Origin: a virus
Strand: one strand, 5' to 3'
DNA: 64,000 bases
Virus record (IMG/VR): IMGVR_UViG_3300025645_000042
Coordinates: 55,102 to 119,101 of that record
Shown: in pieces, positions 1-9,569 of the stretch
Numbering within the stretch: position 1 is the first letter of the stretch
Layout of the letters: every line of letters starts with the position of its first letter
Program-made: the position numbers and the translations under genes
Notes under the pieces: model-generated
What the model was told of the DNA's origin: nothing
What the model saw: the letters and a program-made list of their open reading frames with translations, nothing else
Database searches by the model: none

Positions 1-1446
1 GAATCTAAAAAAGAAATAAAATTACCTAATGGTAGTAGAATTAAAGCGGTTGCAACATCTAAAGATGCGCTTAGGGGATTCACACCAACATGGTTAATAA
101 TGGATGAAGCAGCCTTTATTGATGATGGTGCTATTGTATTTGGTGCCGCATTAACTGCTTTAGGTACTGGTGGTAGAGCTACATTAATTTCTACCCCAAA
201 TGGTATGGATGCTTTATATCATAAAACATATGAACAATCTAAAAAGGGTAAAAATGATTTCCATATTATTGAGATGAAATGGTATCAAGACCCTAGATAT
301 ACAACCAATCAACAAACCAAAGTAAGAGACCTTATTTGGATTCATGAAGAGAATAATGATGATGTTATTGAAGAAATTAGATATATTAATTTCGGAGATT
401 CTGAAGAAAGTATATTGGAGGTTTATACCCATTACGAAAATATGGTGAATAAAGGTTATAAACCTAGTTCAAGTTGGTATAGAGAAATGTGTCGTGGTAT
501 GAACAACGACAAAAAAATGATTGCTCAAGAACTTGATGTATCATTTATTGGTTCTGGTGGTAATGTAATTGACGATAAATACATTATTATGCAAGAAAGA
601 CAAAATGTATCTGAACCATTATACACAGCTGGTGATAAAGACGAAATTTGGATTTGGGAAGAACCTATTGAAGGTCATGAATATATTTTATCGGCTGACG
701 TTGCTAGAGGTGATGGTGGAGATAATTCAACAATTGTTGTGATTGATTTCACAACTATGACACAAGTAATGGAATATGAAGGTCAATTACAACCCGATTT
801 ATTAGGTACATTGGTTGATGAATATGCTAGAATATATGACGCATTAGTAGTAGTTGATGTAACTGGTGGTTGGGGAGTTGGTACTATAACACAATGCCAG
901 TACTTAGGTACACCAAATTTGTATTATGATGAAACATCAACAAAACCAATGGAAAGGGCAACAAATAAAGCACCTAAAGAAAGTAACATTGGTAAATATC
1001 CTGGGTTTAATTGTACTGCGGGTAGGAGAGCACCAATAATTAGAAATTTAGAAAAGATGGTAAGGTTAAATGCAATTAAAATACGCTCTAAAAGGATGAC
1101 ATCTGAGATGAGAACATTTGTATTTAAGAATGGAAAAGCTGACCACATGGAAGGGTATCACGATGATTTACTTATGCCATTGGCGTATGCTTTATGGGTT
1201 ATGGAAACATCATTTAAAAAATTGAAAGAGGCTAAGGCTAAAACTAAAGCTATGTTGGCTGGATGGGTTAGAAATGATGGTAGAGTTGGAGTTACAGATG
1301 ACGATTTAAAGCGTAATGGATTTATATCTAAAGCTGATAGAAAAAAGAAAGTAACTGCTAAGAAACCAAACTTTAGTCCACAGGTATCTAAAAATATGCA
1401 AGACCCAAAAGGTAATTACATGTGGTTATTTAGCGGTACTAAATAA
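1..1446 (+). CDS. terL: Terminase large subunit (T4 gp17-like), 5'-truncated by the window edge
   Basis: Frame is open from base 1 (ESKKEIKLPNGSRIKAVATSKDALRG...). Walker B LIMDEAAF, ISTPNG coupling motif, and nuclease motifs SADVARGDGGDNS and HDDLLM are present. Lies directly upstream of the portal. Confidence 0.93.
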   Translation, partial: ESKKEIKLPNGSRIKAVATSKDALRGFTPTWLIMDEAAFIDDGAIVFGAALTALGTGGRATLISTPNGMDALYHKTYEQSKKGKNDFHIIEMKWYQDPRYTTNQQTKVRDLIWIHEENNDDVIEEIRYINFGDSEESILEVYTHYENMVNKGYKPSSSWYREMCRGMNNDKKMIAQELDVSFIGSGGNVIDDKYIIMQERQNVSEPLYTAGDKDEIWIWEEPIEGHEYILSADVARGDGGDNSTIVVIDFTTMTQVMEYEGQLQPDLLGTLVDEYARIYDALVVVDVTGGWGVGTITQCQYLGTPNLYYDETSTKPMERATNKAPKESNIGKYPGFNCTAGRRAPIIRNLEKMVRLNAIKIRSKRMTSEMRTFVFKNGKADHMEGYHDDLLMPLAYALWVMETSFKKLKEAKAKTKAMLAGWVRNDGRVGVTDDDLKRNGFISKADRKKKVTAKKPNFSPQVSKNMQDPKGNYMWLFSGTK

Positions 1447-1501
1447 TAAAAATACATTGATTTATTTAAAAAATATAGTATAATTAATAAAAAGAATTAA
1501 G

Positions 1502-4500
1502 ATGGCAAAAAAACAAACAGTTTTCCAAAGATTAAGTAACACTTTTGGGAAAGAAGGTTTAAACCCAAATGTTGAAAAAAGGAGTAATAAATATTCTCTT
1601 GGTAACAGTAAAGAAATATTACGAACTCAATCTAAACAAGAGTTCGATGTAGCTAAACTACAAGCGCAACAAGATAAGTACTTAGCTGGTATGTGGTCTA
1701 GAGTTGATGGTGAGTTATATCAACAAGCTATTCATTATGAAACTACAAGAGTTGGTTCCTATTCAGATTTTGAAACAATGGAATTTTATCCAGAAATTGC
1801 TGCTACATTAGATGTATTTAGTGAAGAATCAACAACACCAAATGATAAAGGTGATGTTATTAACGTTTACTCTGGTAGTAAAAGGGTTAAAAGAATTCTT
1901 GAAGACTTATTCATAAATAGATTAGATATTCACACATCATTACAAATGTGGGCCAGAAATTTACCAATAAGGAAAGATAGTGTAATTCCATTATTAAATG
2001 GGACTAATAAAACAATTATTGAGATTTCAAAGGAATTAAAAGAAACTCCAGATAAAGAAATCTGGACTTATTCAATTCAAGATGGAACTAAAAATATTTT
2101 ACCAAGTAAAATTGTTTGGTGTGATTTGACTAGAAAAAATAGTGAGTTATATAGAATAACGTTAGATAATGGTACTCATATTGATACCACCCCAGACCAT
2201 GAATTTTTACTAAGAGATGGTTCATATTTACGTGCTGATAAATTAACTGAGGGTCTTAGTCTAATGCCATTCTATACTAAAATTAGTGAAAATGAACGTG
2301 TATCTGGTTATGAGAAAGTTTACAACCCAAATACAAACCACTATAAATTCACACATGGATTAATTGGTCGTGAAATGCATAGAGATTTGAAATATGAAAA
2401 TAGTGTTGATGAAAAGTTTGTTACCCATCACATAGATTTCAATAAATTCAATAACTCACCGTCTAATTTAGTTAGAATGAGTGTTAGTGAACATAATAAA
2501 TATCATGGTAGTTTAGCTGATTTTCACTTGAAGAGTCCTGAAGTCACTGAAAAAAGAATGATTGGTATTAATAAATGGCTTCGTTCTGATGAACGTAGAG
2601 AAATGTTATCTAATAAGATGAAGGGTACATACCCTGACCCATTTAAAAAATATAATTCAAGTTCTTTACATGAAACTCACAATGACATTAGAAGTGATGT
2701 TATGAAAAATTTATGGGGTGATGATGAATATAAATCTAACACATCAAAAAAAATGCGTTATAAATTGAGTGGTAAAGCTATCAACATGATAGAGGTACTT
2801 ATTAAAGAGACTCCAAATTATATGTCATTAGATACTTTATGTGGTAAATTAAAGAATGAACCAAAATTCACCAAAGAATTCATTACATTTAATAAACACA
2901 TTAAGCGTGATGCGATTAAAGGTATAAATAGGAGAACTATAAATGAACTTTTAAAAAGGACGTTTGAAATTGATTATTTAACTTTCGTTGAAGGTTTAAA
3001 GCCTAATATGGTAAATGATAACACTTATATTAGAGCTAAAAATATATCTGAAACTAAAAAAAATAAGACAATTCTTAATCATAAAGTAGTTAGTGTTGAA
3101 TTATTGAGTGAGGGTGATGATGTTTATTGTATGGAAGTGTTAGGACCAAATGGTGAAGGTGATAGACATAATTTCCCAGTTTGTACCAAAGATGATGAAG
3201 GTAATTTTAAACGTGATGGTGTTTTTGTATCCAACTGTAAATATGGTGATAATTTTGTACAATTAAATATTAGTTCTAAAGGTGGCGTTACTGGAGTTAG
3301 ACAATTACCTAACTTTGAGATTGAAAGAAGAGAGAATGATATCAATGGAATTATTTCACCATCTCAATTAGAAGCTATTAATCAAGATGAAACTAGAAAT
3401 AAAACAGTATTCTACTGGAAAGGTAGAGATATTAGTTTTGAATCGTGGCAAATTGCTCACTTTAGACTTTTAGGTGATGATAGAAAATTACCTTACGGTA
3501 CTTCATTTTTAGAAAAAGCAAGACGTATTTGGAAGCAATTAATTTTAGCTGAAGATGCTATGCTTGTTTATCGTGTAACAAGAGCACCAGAAAGAAGAGT
3601 TTATAAGATATTTGTTGGTAATATTGATAATGAAGATGTTGGTGCATACGTGGATGACATAGCTAATAGATTTAAACGTACTCCACTTGTTGACCCACAA
3701 ACAGGTCAAATGGATGTTAGATATAATCAATTAGGTATTGACCAAGATATTTTTATTCCAGTAAGAGATGAAAATGCACAAACACCTATTGATACTTTAC
3801 CAGGTGCGCAGAACTTAGACCAAATTGCTGATATTGAATATTTACAAAGAAAATTATTTACTGCGTTAAGAGTTCCTAAAGCTTTCTTAGGTTTTGAAGA
3901 ACCTCAAGGTGAAGGTAAAAACCTTGCATTACAAGATATTAGATTCTCAAGAACAATAAATAGAATTCAACAGGCATTATTACATGAACTTAATAAGGTT
4001 GCTATTATTCACTTACACTTATTAGGATTCGCTGATGATTTAGATAATTTTACAATTACTTTAAACAATCCTTCAACACAAGCAGAAATGCTTAAAATTG
4101 AGCAGACAGCCGCTAAAGTTTCTTTATATAAAGATGCGGTTGCTGATGCTGGTAATGGATTTGGTTCTATGTCTATGACTAGAGCTAAAAGAGAAATTTT
4201 AGGTTGGAGTGATGATGAAATCAAACAAGATTTACTTGAACAAAGAATCGAGAAAGCAGCTGCTATGGAATTAGAAAATACTGCGAATGTTATTAAAAAT
4301 ACTGGTATCTATGATAGAGTAGATAGAGTTTATGGTGATATGGATATGGCCAAAAAAGGCGGTCAAGTTCCTGAAGATGGTGAAGGTGGTGCCGCTGGAG
4401 GCGGTGGTGCTGGAGGCGGTGGAGGTTTCGGTGGAGGGTTTGATGATGCTGGTTTAGATTTAGAAGGTGACATTGAAGATGCTGAAGCTACTGAAGATAT

Positions 4501-4792
4501 AGGTGGTGACGAAGGTTTCGGTGGTGAAGATTTAGGTGGTGACGAAGGTTTCGGTGATGAAGAACCTACTGAAGAAAATAGACGTTTAAAAAATAAACCG
4601 TTATTAAAAGAAATTAAGAACGCATCAACTAAGGAGTATATGTCCATGTTAAATGGTAAAACAAGTAATGAAGAAAAACTTAGAACTGAAGCTACTAAAA
4701 TCTATGATAAATCAATAATGTTTAATAAAACCATGGATAATATGATAAATGAAATCGATGAAAAACTAGACTCTGATAATGAAACCAAATAA
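1502..4792 (+). CDS. Portal protein (T4 gp20-like) containing an intein
   Basis: Extein motifs ...WARNL/CKYGDNF, AHFRLLGD...PYGTS.LEKARRIWKQL.LAEDAML.YR.TRAPERRVYKI.VGN and DIEYLQRKLF.AL.VPK are typical of T4-like portals. Confidence 0.92.
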   Translation: MAKKQTVFQRLSNTFGKEGLNPNVEKRSNKYSLGNSKEILRTQSKQEFDVAKLQAQQDKYLAGMWSRVDGELYQQAIHYETTRVGSYSDFETMEFYPEIAATLDVFSEESTTPNDKGDVINVYSGSKRVKRILEDLFINRLDIHTSLQMWARNLPIRKDSVIPLLNGTNKTIIEISKELKETPDKEIWTYSIQDGTKNILPSKIVWCDLTRKNSELYRITLDNGTHIDTTPDHEFLLRDGSYLRADKLTEGLSLMPFYTKISENERVSGYEKVYNPNTNHYKFTHGLIGREMHRDLKYENSVDEKFVTHHIDFNKFNNSPSNLVRMSVSEHNKYHGSLADFHLKSPEVTEKRMIGINKWLRSDERREMLSNKMKGTYPDPFKKYNSSSLHETHNDIRSDVMKNLWGDDEYKSNTSKKMRYKLSGKAINMIEVLIKETPNYMSLDTLCGKLKNEPKFTKEFITFNKHIKRDAIKGINRRTINELLKRTFEIDYLTFVEGLKPNMVNDNTYIRAKNISETKKNKTILNHKVVSVELLSEGDDVYCMEVLGPNGEGDRHNFPVCTKDDEGNFKRDGVFVSNCKYGDNFVQLNISSKGGVTGVRQLPNFEIERRENDINGIISPSQLEAINQDETRNKTVFYWKGRDISFESWQIAHFRLLGDDRKLPYGTSFLEKARRIWKQLILAEDAMLVYRVTRAPERRVYKIFVGNIDNEDVGAYVDDIANRFKRTPLVDPQTGQMDVRYNQLGIDQDIFIPVRDENAQTPIDTLPGAQNLDQIADIEYLQRKLFTALRVPKAFLGFEEPQGEGKNLALQDIRFSRTINRIQQALLHELNKVAIIHLHLLGFADDLDNFTITLNNPSTQAEMLKIEQTAAKVSLYKDAVADAGNGFGSMSMTRAKREILGWSDDEIKQDLLEQRIEKAAAMELENTANVIKNTGIYDRVDRVYGDMDMAKKGGQVPEDGEGGAAGGGGAGGGGGFGGGFDDAGLDLEGDIEDAEATEDIGGDEGFGGEDLGGDEGFGDEEPTEENRRLKNKPLLKEIKNASTKEYMSMLNGKTSNEEKLRTEATKIYDKSIMFNKTMDNMINEIDEKLDSDNETK
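1964..3235 (+). mobile_element. Intein (424 aa) with an HNH homing endonuclease, inside the portal
   Basis: Insertion separates WARNL from CKYGD. Block B TTPDHEF, block F VYCMEV...HNF, C-terminal GVFVSN followed by Cys+1. Internal HNH motif THHIDFNKFNNSPSNL...HNKYH. Confidence 0.85.
4501..4563 (+). repeat. 33-bp tandem repeat (GGDEGFG[G/D]E[D/E]) in the acidic portal tail
   Basis: aggtggtgacgaaggtttcggtggtgaagattt followed by aggtggtgacgaaggtttcggtgatgaaga. Confidence 0.85.
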
Positions 4793-4818
4793 TAAACGGA
4801 TTTTATAATTAAAAAGAC

Positions 4819-4826
4819 ATATTTAT
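4819..4826 (+). promoter_or_regulatory. ATATTTAT putative late-promoter motif
   Basis: 15 nt upstream of ATG 4842; the same motif recurs before many structural genes. Confidence 0.55.
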
Positions 4827-4841
4827 TTAAAAACAAGAACA

Positions 4842-5612
4842 ATGCAAAATTTTGGACAAATACATGAAACTTTCAAGGACATTCTAGCGAATGGTATCGT
4901 AGAAGGAAATAATGAATATAAAAAAATATTCAAAACATATGCTAAAGCATTGAAAGAGAATTCTACTCTTAAAAAACAATTTCAAGTGTTTGATAAACTT
5001 GAGAACAAAGTTGTTGTTGAAAATGAAGGTGAAAAGCAAAGATTTTTGGTAGACGAATGTATATCAATGTTAGCGGGATTAAAAGTTAATGAAGCTAATC
5101 AGAAATTAGTAAACTACCTTAATAAAAAAGGGTTTGAATTATTGGAAGATTACGATAATAAAGAATTATATGAACATATCCATAATTTAGCATTTACAAA
5201 AAAGACAGCAAAAAATATTGATTTAATTATTGAATCAAAATTATTTGTTACAAAACACTCTAAAGTAATTTCTGAATCAAAAGAAATAGTTGAGCCATAC
5301 ATGAATAAATTTATGGGACCAGCAATGGTTGAGAAATTTAATTCTAAGTATATGGAGAAATTATCTGAAACAGAGCAAAAAGCTTTTAAGATTATTTCTA
5401 ACGGTACTAATGAAGAAAAAGAAAATTTATATAAAGGCACGCTAATTGAGTGTATTGATTTAATTAACGGTAAATTAAATGAAGAATCAAATATAGATGA
5501 AAAGGACACATATTTAAGAGTTAAAGATAAATTGTTAAGGTATAATTTTTCTCCAGATAAATTTATATCAGAAATTAGCGAAATAGCATATTTAAAGGAT
5601 ACATTAAAATAA
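4842..5612 (+). CDS. Hypothetical head-module protein
   Basis: 256-aa ORF between portal and protease, preceded by the ATATTTAT motif. Confidence 0.6.
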   Translation: MQNFGQIHETFKDILANGIVEGNNEYKKIFKTYAKALKENSTLKKQFQVFDKLENKVVVENEGEKQRFLVDECISMLAGLKVNEANQKLVNYLNKKGFELLEDYDNKELYEHIHNLAFTKKTAKNIDLIIESKLFVTKHSKVISESKEIVEPYMNKFMGPAMVEKFNSKYMEKLSETEQKAFKIISNGTNEEKENLYKGTLIECIDLINGKLNEESNIDEKDTYLRVKDKLLRYNFSPDKFISEISEIAYLKDTLK

Positions 5613-5613
5613 T

Positions 5614-5910
5614 ATGTTTAATTTTAATATATTACAAACATCACCAAGCTTAGTTGATTGGTTGGTACAGCAAGCACCAGTGGTAGTAGTGATGGGTGCT
5701 GCTATATATTGGTTATCTAAAAAATTAAACAAAGCCGAAGGTGATAAGGATGAAATGGCTAAGGATGTTATTAAACTAACAGCACTTTGGGAAGAAAAAA
5801 GTGATAAGTTAGATGTTAAGAATGAAAAAATGGATGAGCGAAACATCAAAGTTAATGAACAAATTCTTGAATTACTTCGGGAGATAAAATTAATTGTTAG
5901 TAGAAAATAA
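5614..5910 (+). CDS. Small membrane protein with one TM segment and a coiled coil, possibly holin-like
   Basis: Hydrophobic segment APVVVVMGAAIYWL followed by a charged helical tail. Confidence 0.4.
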   Translation: MFNFNILQTSPSLVDWLVQQAPVVVVMGAAIYWLSKKLNKAEGDKDEMAKDVIKLTALWEEKSDKLDVKNEKMDERNIKVNEQILELLREIKLIVSRK

Positions 5911-6410
5911 TGAAATCGATATTAGATAAATTTTTTCCTGAGAAAAATGAAAATTATAATAAAGCCAAAACTAGTTTAATGGAAATTAAAAAAAGATTTG
6001 ATAGTTTTGTAATTTCATTTCCTGATGTTACACCAAATGAAATAATAATAATTAAAGAACAGTGGGAAAAATTACCACAGAAAATTTCAAAAGGTGTCGA
6101 AGTCATGGGAATAAAAGCTGTTAAAGAATATAAATCTCTTATTTTAGCTTACAAACCAAATTCTTATATTATGCCACACGTACATAATAATTTATATGAA
6201 TATGGGAAAATATTAAAAGGTTCCATTAAAGATAAGTTAACTGGTAAAATATATAAAACTGGTGAGACTTATAAGTTCAACCCTAATCAACCACATTATT
6301 TAAACACCAACGGAAGTAGTTGTATGGTCTATTCTATATTGACCGAGGATTCGAATTTTAATATGAAACCTTTACCAAAAAAATTGAGAGAGACTCTAAA
6401 TCTGACGTAA
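5910..6410 (+). CDS. Cupin-domain protein
   Basis: Cupin motif 1 PHVHNNLYEYGKILKG and motif 2 GETYKFNPNQPH. Confidence 0.7.
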   Translation: MKSILDKFFPEKNENYNKAKTSLMEIKKRFDSFVISFPDVTPNEIIIIKEQWEKLPQKISKGVEVMGIKAVKEYKSLILAYKPNSYIMPHVHNNLYEYGKILKGSIKDKLTGKIYKTGETYKFNPNQPHYLNTNGSSCMVYSILTEDSNFNMKPLPKKLRETLNLT

Positions 6411-6504
6411 TTAGGACCTTTCAATAATTCTAAAAATTAAAATACCAGGGTTTACGATACTTACCAGGTCTTGACTTTTAATATATTTTATGTATATTTT
6501 ATAC

Positions 6505-6975
6505 ATGGAAAAAATAAGAGGAACAGAATTTACAATAGATATTAATAATAATATTAATGTTATGTTTGGGTCAGTTGATAAGAACAACCCTAAAACCGTT
6601 TATATAAAATTTAGTGGTTGGGGGAATACTATCGACTTTGACGAAGATTTAGAATATAAAACAATAATTAGAAAAATTACTAAAGAAATTAAGAGGTATA
6701 TTTATTTTAATATAAAACCAAATTTATTCAATAGAGAAATGACCATGGTAGATATGGATATGCGGGAATCTGGAATATCTTCAGAAAAATCTAGTTTTAT
6801 GAGTTGTGAAATCACTTTATTTCAAATGAATAACTTTCTATTGGATAGTGACATCTTAAAAGATGAAATGATAAGATTAATTAAACATGTGTGTGAAGAG
6901 ATATTAAATAAAGATTTATATTTTAAATTTTATAAACATAAAAAACAAGCAAAAAAGAAATTACTAGAAGCCTAA
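6505..6975 (+). CDS. Hypothetical protein (likely start ATG 6505, MEKIRG)
   Basis: ORF track gives 6490. TTGACT(6471)-N16-TATATT(6493) overlaps the first codons, which favours the downstream ATG. Confidence 0.55.
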   Translation: MEKIRGTEFTIDINNNINVMFGSVDKNNPKTVYIKFSGWGNTIDFDEDLEYKTIIRKITKEIKRYIYFNIKPNLFNREMTMVDMDMRESGISSEKSSFMSCEITLFQMNNFLLDSDILKDEMIRLIKHVCEEILNKDLYFKFYKHKKQAKKKLLEA

Positions 6976-7000
6976 ACAATTAAAAAGTTTAGGCTTTTTT
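6968..7000 (+). terminator. Rho-independent terminator
   Basis: aagcctaaac-N9-gtttaggctt followed by a T run. Confidence 0.75.
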
Positions 7001-7012
7001 GTTTGTTTGAGC

Positions 7013-7020
7013 ATATTTAT
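7013..7020 (+). promoter_or_regulatory. ATATTTAT putative late-promoter motif
   Basis: Directly after a terminator and 17 nt upstream of ATG 7038. Confidence 0.55.
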
Positions 7021-7037
7021 TGAGAAAGACGGTAAAT

Positions 7038-7730
7038 ATGACAAATGATTTTAAAGTAATTAGAGGCGGTAAGACTGGAACTGGGTTATTAATTGAAGGT
7101 GACGCTGGTTTCATTGAACCTAGAGACCTACGAAATAAACCGTTTATTAGTGAAGCTAACAAAATAGGTTCGGGTCCAGTTATGTTTGAACCTCTTGAAC
7201 TATTCGTAGTACTACAAAAATACGGCATAGAAAATAGAAACGGTAGAATATACCCAGAAGAAATTTTAAAAAGAGAAGCTAGAAGGTATCAAGAACTTAT
7301 TGATATGAGATTAGCCATAGGTGAGTCTGACCATCCTGAGAGTAGTGTTATTTCAAACAGTAGAGTTTCGCACGAGATTAAAAAAATCTGGTGGGAAGGT
7401 CAAACATTGGTTGGAACTATTGAAATAATAATGTCACCTGGTTTTGTTAATCAAGGGATAATTTCTTGCGAAGGAGACCAAATTGCAAACATGCTTAGAA
7501 AAGGAATTAGAGTTGGTGTTTCATCAAGAGGTGTTGGTTCATTAAATGAGGTTGGTGGAAAATTATTAGTTCAAGATGATTTTGAAATTATCTGTTGGGA
7601 TATTGTAACTTCACCAAGTACACCAGGTTCTTATATGTTTAATAATATAGCTGAAGCTCAGCCATTTATGGAATCTGTTGGTAAAAAAGATAACTTGTTA
7701 ATTGATAAATTAAATAAGTTTTTACTGTAA
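7038..7730 (+). CDS. Prohead core protease (T4 gp21-like)
   Basis: NRNGRIYP, GESDHP, GVSSRGVGS and WDIVTSPSTPG motifs. The TTG start at 7020 lies inside the promoter motif, so ATG 7038 is preferred. Confidence 0.92.
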   Translation: MTNDFKVIRGGKTGTGLLIEGDAGFIEPRDLRNKPFISEANKIGSGPVMFEPLELFVVLQKYGIENRNGRIYPEEILKREARRYQELIDMRLAIGESDHPESSVISNSRVSHEIKKIWWEGQTLVGTIEIIMSPGFVNQGIISCEGDQIANMLRKGIRVGVSSRGVGSLNEVGGKLLVQDDFEIICWDIVTSPSTPGSYMFNNIAEAQPFMESVGKKDNLLIDKLNKFLL

Positions 7731-7798
7731 AAAACAAGGGTTAAAAATAAAAATCATAATTTTTTTTAATGAAATGGCGTATTTTGGTAAAATGAGAC

Positions 7799-7806
7799 AT
7801 ATTTAT
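7799..7806 (+). promoter_or_regulatory. ATATTTAT putative late-promoter motif
   Basis: Upstream of the scaffold/capsid operon (59 nt before ATG 7866). Confidence 0.5.
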
Positions 7807-7865
7807 TAAGTAACTGTGCAACAGTAGTTGCATGATAATCTAAATTACAAAAATTTACAAAACAA

Positions 7866-9539
7866 ATGAAAGACGAAAAAAAGTCTGTAATAGAAGAAGC
7901 CTTAGCGGAATTTACTCTTATTCAAGAGAATTTAAATTCGAATACTAAAGAAATACTTCGTTCGGTAGCGAAAGAAGAAATTACCAGTACGCTAAAAGAG
8001 TCCTTATATGAGGATGATTATGATATCGAAGATATCGAAGACGTTGATGCAGAACCAGAAATGGGAGCTGATGTTGACGCATTACCAGTTGATGACGCAC
8101 CTGAAGCGGGACTAGAACCAGAAATGGGGATGGAACCAGAAGGTGGTTCTGAAGAACTTGGAATTGATGACATAGGTATGGACACTGCGGATGGAGACTT
8201 AGGTCTTGGAGCAGAAGAAGGTGGCGAAGACTACGGAATGGACATGACAGGAGCATCAGACGAGGAAGTTATCTCAGTTTATAAAAAATTAAGCGGAGAA
8301 GACGAAATAGAAGTTGTATCACCTAACGAAGTAATTATTAAAGACCCAAATTCAGGGGCAGAATACAATGTAAAAATGGGTGGTGGTAGTCTTATCGACC
8401 AAGGTGAAATGTCAGCAGACGATTTAGGTTCAGAAATGGATTTAGGTATAGATGCAGAAATGGACGTTGAACCAGAGATAGGAGTAGAACCAGAAATGGA
8501 TACGGAAGTAGGTCCAGAAATGGATTCTGAAGAATCAGAAGAAGAAGTGCCAGCTCCAGCAATGGGTGGTGAAGAATCAGAAGAATCTGAAGGTGAATCT
8601 GAAGAAGAAGAAGAAGAAGAAATGGAAGAGTCTGTAGTTTATGAGATTGAATTATCGGAAGATGAGGCGATTGAAGAAGGAATTGAAAATGACCTTAAAA
8701 TAAACAAGGATAGTAAAATTGGTGCAACCGCTGACGGTAAGCCAAGAACAGCTACAAGTGACGTTACATCAAAAGGTGGTTCATTACCAACTGGAGATAT
8801 AGAAGGTCAAAACGCTCCAAACGATTCTGATTCAGGGGATAACCTTGATGGTGGTTTCACAGAAGACCACAATGGTAGCGGTGATGCACATGCACCACAC
8901 GTTATGGAAAGTGAAGAAGTTGTTGAAACTGAAACAATTGAAGAAACTGACGAAGTAACTGAAGAAGTTGTTGAGGAAGAAGATACAATTGAAGAACACA
9001 TTCCAAAAGGACAAGGTGAAGCGCACAGAATGCCAGCTAAAGCTGACATCGGACAACCAGTTGCACCAGGTGCAAAAGGAGTTAAGGGCGTGAAAGGTGA
9101 GAATGTTGAGTCTAAGAAATTAGTGGAAGCTATTTCTAAGTACAATACATTATTATCTGAAGCTAAAGAACTAAAGAAAGAAAATGACATGTTCAGAAAC
9201 TCTCTTAAAGACTTTAGAAAATCAATTACTGAGACTGCTGTATTCAATACTAATTTAACACACGCTACTAAGTTATTTTTAGAGCACTCTACTACATCAG
9301 TAGAAAAGCAAAATATCTTAAGTAGATTCGATGAAGAAGTTAGTACTATTGAAGAGTCTAAAAAACTGTATAAAGCAATTAGTTCTGAATTAGGAAATAA
9401 AACTCCTATCACAGAAGGAATTGAAAATAAACTCGTGTCTGATAAAACTTCAAGTCAGTCTGCTCAATTAAATGAGACGACAGCTTACGTTGACCCAGCA
9501 CAAAAAAGGGTTCTTGATTTAATTAGAAGAACTAGATAA
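7866..9539 (+). CDS. Prohead scaffold/core protein (gp22-like position), highly acidic
   Basis: Between protease and capsid. Long E/D/G/M-rich middle with EPEMG-like repeats and a coiled-coil C-terminus. Confidence 0.75.
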   Translation: MKDEKKSVIEEALAEFTLIQENLNSNTKEILRSVAKEEITSTLKESLYEDDYDIEDIEDVDAEPEMGADVDALPVDDAPEAGLEPEMGMEPEGGSEELGIDDIGMDTADGDLGLGAEEGGEDYGMDMTGASDEEVISVYKKLSGEDEIEVVSPNEVIIKDPNSGAEYNVKMGGGSLIDQGEMSADDLGSEMDLGIDAEMDVEPEIGVEPEMDTEVGPEMDSEESEEEVPAPAMGGEESEESEGESEEEEEEEMEESVVYEIELSEDEAIEEGIENDLKINKDSKIGATADGKPRTATSDVTSKGGSLPTGDIEGQNAPNDSDSGDNLDGGFTEDHNGSGDAHAPHVMESEEVVETETIEETDEVTEEVVEEEDTIEEHIPKGQGEAHRMPAKADIGQPVAPGAKGVKGVKGENVESKKLVEAISKYNTLLSEAKELKKENDMFRNSLKDFRKSITETAVFNTNLTHATKLFLEHSTTSVEKQNILSRFDEEVSTIEESKKLYKAISSELGNKTPITEGIENKLVSDKTSSQSAQLNETTAYVDPAQKRVLDLIRRTR

Positions 9540-9569
9540 TAAAACAAATAAATTTTAAATAAACAAATT

